From Salinivirgaceae bacterium (GTDB lineage Bacteria; Bacteroidota; Bacteroidia; Bacteroidales; SZUA-534): 64,000 nucleotides of DNA. The notes under the pieces were generated by a model that was not told the origin of the DNA, did not search any database, and saw only the letters and a program-made list of their open reading frames with translations. Position 1 is the first letter of the stretch; each line of letters opens with the position of its first letter. Below are positions 62,001-64,000 of this stretch, in pieces. Location: contig JAGCNL010000034.1 in assembly GCA_017645945.1 (NCBI GenBank), positions 1,503-65,502 of the forward strand. Direction: 5' to 3'. Made by a program: the position numbers and the translations under genes.

Positions 62001-64000
62001 GAACCTTTGTAGACATAGTTTGCATTGCTCAGCACTAAATCGGCTGTTGCGATTTGGCCGCCATAGATGAAGTTGCCACTGCCAGCCAAATCGTTGCCTG
62101 CAAGTGTGCCGTTGAGAACAATTGTGCCATTGTTGGTGATGACACCATCGCCTGTTGTGGTGAGCGATGCGCCAGCAGGAATATTCAGAGTTTTGCCATT
62201 GGCAACCTCATAGGCCGATTCCACAACCACGCTGCCGACAACTGTGACGACGCTGCCCTCCTCGGTGATGTAGCCTGTGGGGCTGTTGTGCTCTGCATCG
62301 AGCACTGGTGACGCATCGGCAAACAGTGTCTGATACCATACGCCGCTGCCCTGTTCGCTGTTGTTGAGCAGATAGGCTATGTGGCCGCCTGCAAACTCAC
62401 TGGCTGTGGCTGCTGTCACACCCTCGACATCGGTGGCTGGGTCTTCACCTTGCCAAACACCAACGCCGTTTTGAACTACTGCATTCTCGCCCTCGCCAAC
62501 TGTTGCGCAACCAGCAAGATAGAAGTTGTTAGATAATTCTAATTCATCGGTAAAAACACAGCAAACTCCACCAACAAAATACGGTCCCGTAACAGTTCCC
62601 GTGTTGAAGCAATTGGTTATAGTACATTCGCCTTCAAAATATCCGCAAATACCACCTGCGCATTCTTCTCCGCTGTTAATTGTTCCTGTATTATAGCAGT
62701 TGGTTATTGTAATATTTTCATAAGCATCTCCGCAAATGCCACCAGCATCATACACTTCGCATGAAACCGTTCCTTCGTTATGGCAGTTGGTTATAGCAGA
62801 GTTGTCAGAAACAACACCGCAAATGCCGCCTGCACCGTACTTGCTTGTGACTGAACCCGTGTTGTAGCAGTTGCTTATTGTGTTATTGCCATAAGCATAA
62901 CCGCAAATGCCTCCTGTGCATCCTTCTCCACTATTGATTGTTCCTGTGTTATGGCAGTTGGTTATTGTGCTGTTTTCAAGATAACCGCAAATGCCACCTA
63001 CTTCATACTCTTCGCAAGAAACCGTTCCTGTGTTGTAGCAGTTGGTAATTGTGCTATTGTCATAAGCGAAACCGCAAATGCTTCCAATGTCACCCACACC
63101 ACTAAAGTACGAATCAACAATACCCACGTTTTTAATTGTTGCTCCTTCGGCAAATCCAAACAAGCCTGCATTATTTCCCCAATCAGCCAAATACAAGCCG
63201 CTTATGGTATGGTTGTCACCATCGAAAGTGCCAGAGAAGAAATACTCTTCATCTTCATCGTAGATACCTATCGGTGTCCAAGTTCTGAAGTTGCTGCCGT
63301 CGCCGTTGAGCGTGCCGTCGGCTGCAAGCACGTTGCTGTTCACAACAATGTCGGCTATGAGCACTGCATTGGCAGTAGCGTTGTCTTGTTTCACCCAATC
63401 GGCAAACCAATAAAGATTTGCCGCGCTGGCAATCTGATAAACGCCGTCGATTTCTTCGGGCGCCACATACTCGCCGCAAATGGTGCACTGGCCGAAGTCG
63501 TCGAACTGGTGCTCGGTGCAGAGATTAATAACGTAGGTTGCCGTACCGCTGACGGTGTAGTTGCCGCCATCGATGTCTTCGATTTCGACAGTATAATCAC
63601 CAACGCTCACAGCATCGTCAGGCATCGTCACCGTGTATTCCGATGCTGGAATAACGGTTGAGCCGTCTTTCACCGATGTAACAGTCGGAGATTTTGCCGT
63701 GCCGTCGTAGATGAACGTAGTCTGGCTCAATGTGATTGTCGGGTTAGAAACGGTCTTCGGATTGATGGTGAAGGTTGTCTCGCCGCTGACGGTGTAGTTG
63801 CCGTTGGCCTTGTCGGTGATGGTCAGGTTGGCCGTTCCAGCATTGGTGTTATTGCTGTAGCCAACAGTGTATTCCGATGTTGGAATAACGGTTGAGCCGT
63901 CCTTTACAGTGATGGTCGGAGTCAGAGCCGAACCAGTGTAGGTAATCTCCGCATCGCTAAATTCGATAGTCGGGCTTGAAACCTCCTTCGGGCTGATGGT
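59024..64000 (-). CDS. giant T9SS-secreted surface protein (5' end outside the window)
   Basis: The reading frame stays open upstream of the annotated M to the window edge. Domain order: MBG-like repeats, GLUG-type repeats (GGICGY..NCYNTGT), more MBG-like repeats, Cys3-His modules, three Big_3-like Ig repeats, then a T9SS C-terminal sorting domain (ISIFDVNGRMV...GFYIVKVNNTAKRVMVY). Confidence 0.8.
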   Translation of the reverse strand, partial: TISPKEVSSPTIEFSDAEITYTGSALTPTITVKDGSTVIPTSEYTVGYSNNTNAGTANLTITDKANGNYTVSGETTFTINPKTVSNPTITLSQTTFIYDGTAKSPTVTSVKDGSTVIPASEYTVTMPDDAVSVGDYTVEIEDIDGGNYTVSGTATYVINLCTEHQFDDFGQCTICGEYVAPEEIDGVYQIASAANLYWFADWVKQDNATANAVLIADIVVNSNVLAADGTLNGDGSNFRTWTPIGIYDEDEEYFFSGTFDGDNHTISGLYLADWGNNAGLFGFAEGATIKNVGIVDSYFSGVGDIGSICGFAYDNSTITNCYNTGTVSCEEYEVGGICGYLENSTITNCHNTGTINSGEGCTGGICGYAYGNNTISNCYNTGSVTSKYGAGGICGVVSDNSAITNCHNEGTVSCEVYDAGGICGDAYENITITNCYNTGTINSGEECAGGICGYFEGECTITNCFNTGTVTGPYFVGGVCCVFTDELELSNNFYLAGCATVGEGENAVVQNGVGVWQGEDPATDVEGVTAATASEFAGGHIAYLLNNSEQGSGVWYQTLFADASPVLDAEHNSPTGYITEEGSVVTVVGSVVVESAYEVANGKTLNIPAGASLTTTGDGVITNNGTIVLNGTLAGNDLAGSGNFIYGGQIATADLVLSNANYVYKGSAYDDIEFTVSRTICGKVFTYGDAYTVSYANNINAGQATISLTNNNDAENVVSSQFTIKPIEDEVVVTITLADKSVVFSGAAQTYNSEDALTIEANNALYNISWVSASGNAASVSGTNAAEYAFGWNAEMFSNTSTNFTNVRFDVTDGKLIITPNTEVVVTVTENSSTLTYNGEEQSVSGYSVAISDATGVYTEDDFAFSGTATASGINAGVYPMQLSADDFSNTNKNFAEVTFNIVDGALTINRAAEAPNKPEANIETRFIVTQLVELPDDWKWADEQQALEEGDNTATANYTGADKGNYEVESVDITITRLECLHNEGNTTLYTLEPTCTHKGYTGNTSCKLCGQIYEMGDSIPALGHDFVETVVAPTCTADGYTEHLCSRCQHIEYSDTVAATGHKADSVVFENVVAATCTTAGSRDSVVYCSVCQIELSRIKVVIPAGHHIVVDPAVAATCTATGLTEGSHCDVCHEVLVAQTTTTAAGHAAGAAVAENLKAATCTAAGSVDSVVYCTVCKAELSRKTVEIPVASHTAGAAVAENLKAATCTAAGSVDSVVYCTVCKAEISRKTVELPVIAHTEVVDVAVAATCTESGLTEGSHCPVCNTIIKAQEVIPAKGHKADSIVIENVVAATYKAAGSYDSVVYCSVCKVELSRTKVVVPQLVAPKIDAEVVVSQISYTVGDSLKLDGGKIVIATSDSTTAEVVITPEMVSGFNPDSIGVQTVMVSFEIDGVAYTTTFDVEVKDIAKPIDAEVVISQINYTVGDSLNLEGGKLIFATSDSTTAEVVITPEMISGFKPDSVGVQTVTVSFEIDGVPYTTTFDVEVKEAEVIEIVAKSIAVSAKPAKVEYKQGEALDVTGGKITVTYSDNTTAEIELKADMVSGFDADKVGAQQLTITLKIDKVVLTATFDVTVEANDNTAISDDEAAAVNIYAYQNVIVVESADALEGEISIFDVNGRMVAKEQAAGSRTEIIMQNQGFYIVKVNNTAKRVMVY
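59516..60007. repeat. 2 x 246-bp tandem repeat (Ig-like domains), with a third diverged copy at about 59270-59515
   Basis: IDAEVVVSQISYTVGDSLKLDGGKIV... versus IDAEVVISQINYTVGDSLNLEGGKLI.... The period was confirmed from the recurrence of ACCTCAGCGTCAAT. Confidence 0.85.
60272..60547. repeat. 2 x 138-bp tandem repeat inside the Cys-rich region
   Basis: The 46-aa unit AGAAVAENLKAATCTAAGSVDSVVYCTVCKAE(L/I)SRKTVE(I/L)PV... is nearly identical at protein level, but differs at about 20 of 138 nucleotides, mostly synonymous (hand alignment). Confidence 0.85.
62530..63245. repeat. about 7 tandem 28-29-aa GLUG-like repeats (approximate bounds)
   Basis: Recurring ITNC(Y/H)NTGT(V/I)...GGICGY units read from the translation. 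Confidence 0.6.

Noticed and set aside
60809-62038. 409-aa plus-strand ORF (and the 208-, 236- and 216-aa ORFs nearby) overlapping the adhesin gene.
   Set aside because: These are antisense or off-frame shadows of a repetitive, codon-biased gene. They show no motifs and no independent start context.

Overview
This window looks like a Bacteroidota (Bacteroidales-like) chromosome segment. Support: a T9SS C-terminal sorting domain, TAnnTTTG-type -7 promoter boxes, and overall gene content. All calls come from reading the ORF translations and DNA by eye; no searches were run.

Layout:
(1) 1-6.3 kb is a nitrogen-uptake block with two Amt ammonium transporters, a P-II protein and a TorF-like porin. 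Each of the two transcription units is preceded by a paralogous leader: promoter, amide-rich small ORF (below the 60-aa ORF-track cutoff), a conserved 20-nt GC box, then an intrinsic terminator. A solitary AAA-ATPase/nuclease gene separates the two units.
(2) 6.7-19.9 kb holds housekeeping genes (GAF-PAS sensor, PFOR nifJ, lipoproteins, queA, truB, ftsX, lptC-like, TPR protein) and tRNA-Arg(CCG).
(3) 19.95-54.4 kb is a ~34.5 kb polysaccharide (Wzx/Wzy-type O-antigen or capsule) locus, entirely on the minus strand and mosaic in composition. Host-like G+C ends flank a visibly AT-rich core of about 20.8-44.1 kb.
(4) 54.5-64 kb carries ppiD, a CNNM/CBS protein, an HsdR_N-domain protein and a giant, edge-truncated T9SS adhesin.

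Most interesting part: a ~7 kb island (37164-44074) sits co-directionally inside the polysaccharide operon, between wecA and wecB. It contains three recognisable toxin-antitoxin pairs: MntA/HepT, an MqsR-like toxin with an MqsA::Panacea fusion antitoxin, and a ParE-like pair. It also contains two candidate uncharacterised systems. One is a 3-gene module of a small helical protein, an Abi-alpha protein and a 394-aa protein with a C-terminal HEPN Rx4H motif. The other is a SatD (cyclase-like plus HTH)/DUF3307 membrane pair, bracketed by 31-bp direct repeats and preceded by three 11-bp iterons at exact 29-bp spacing.

Other oddities:
- A 1.46 kb single-gene ATPase-nuclease insertion flanked by an 80-bp duplication of the deacetylase 5' end.
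- A GxxExxY gene bracketed by 30-bp CCGATT-periodic inverted repeats, with a third solo copy elsewhere.
- A G8 tract inside an acetyltransferase gene.
- A G-quadruplex motif.
- Cys3-His repeat modules in the adhesin.

Note that the ORF track uses TTG/GTG as M, so several starts were moved to the first plausible ATG.
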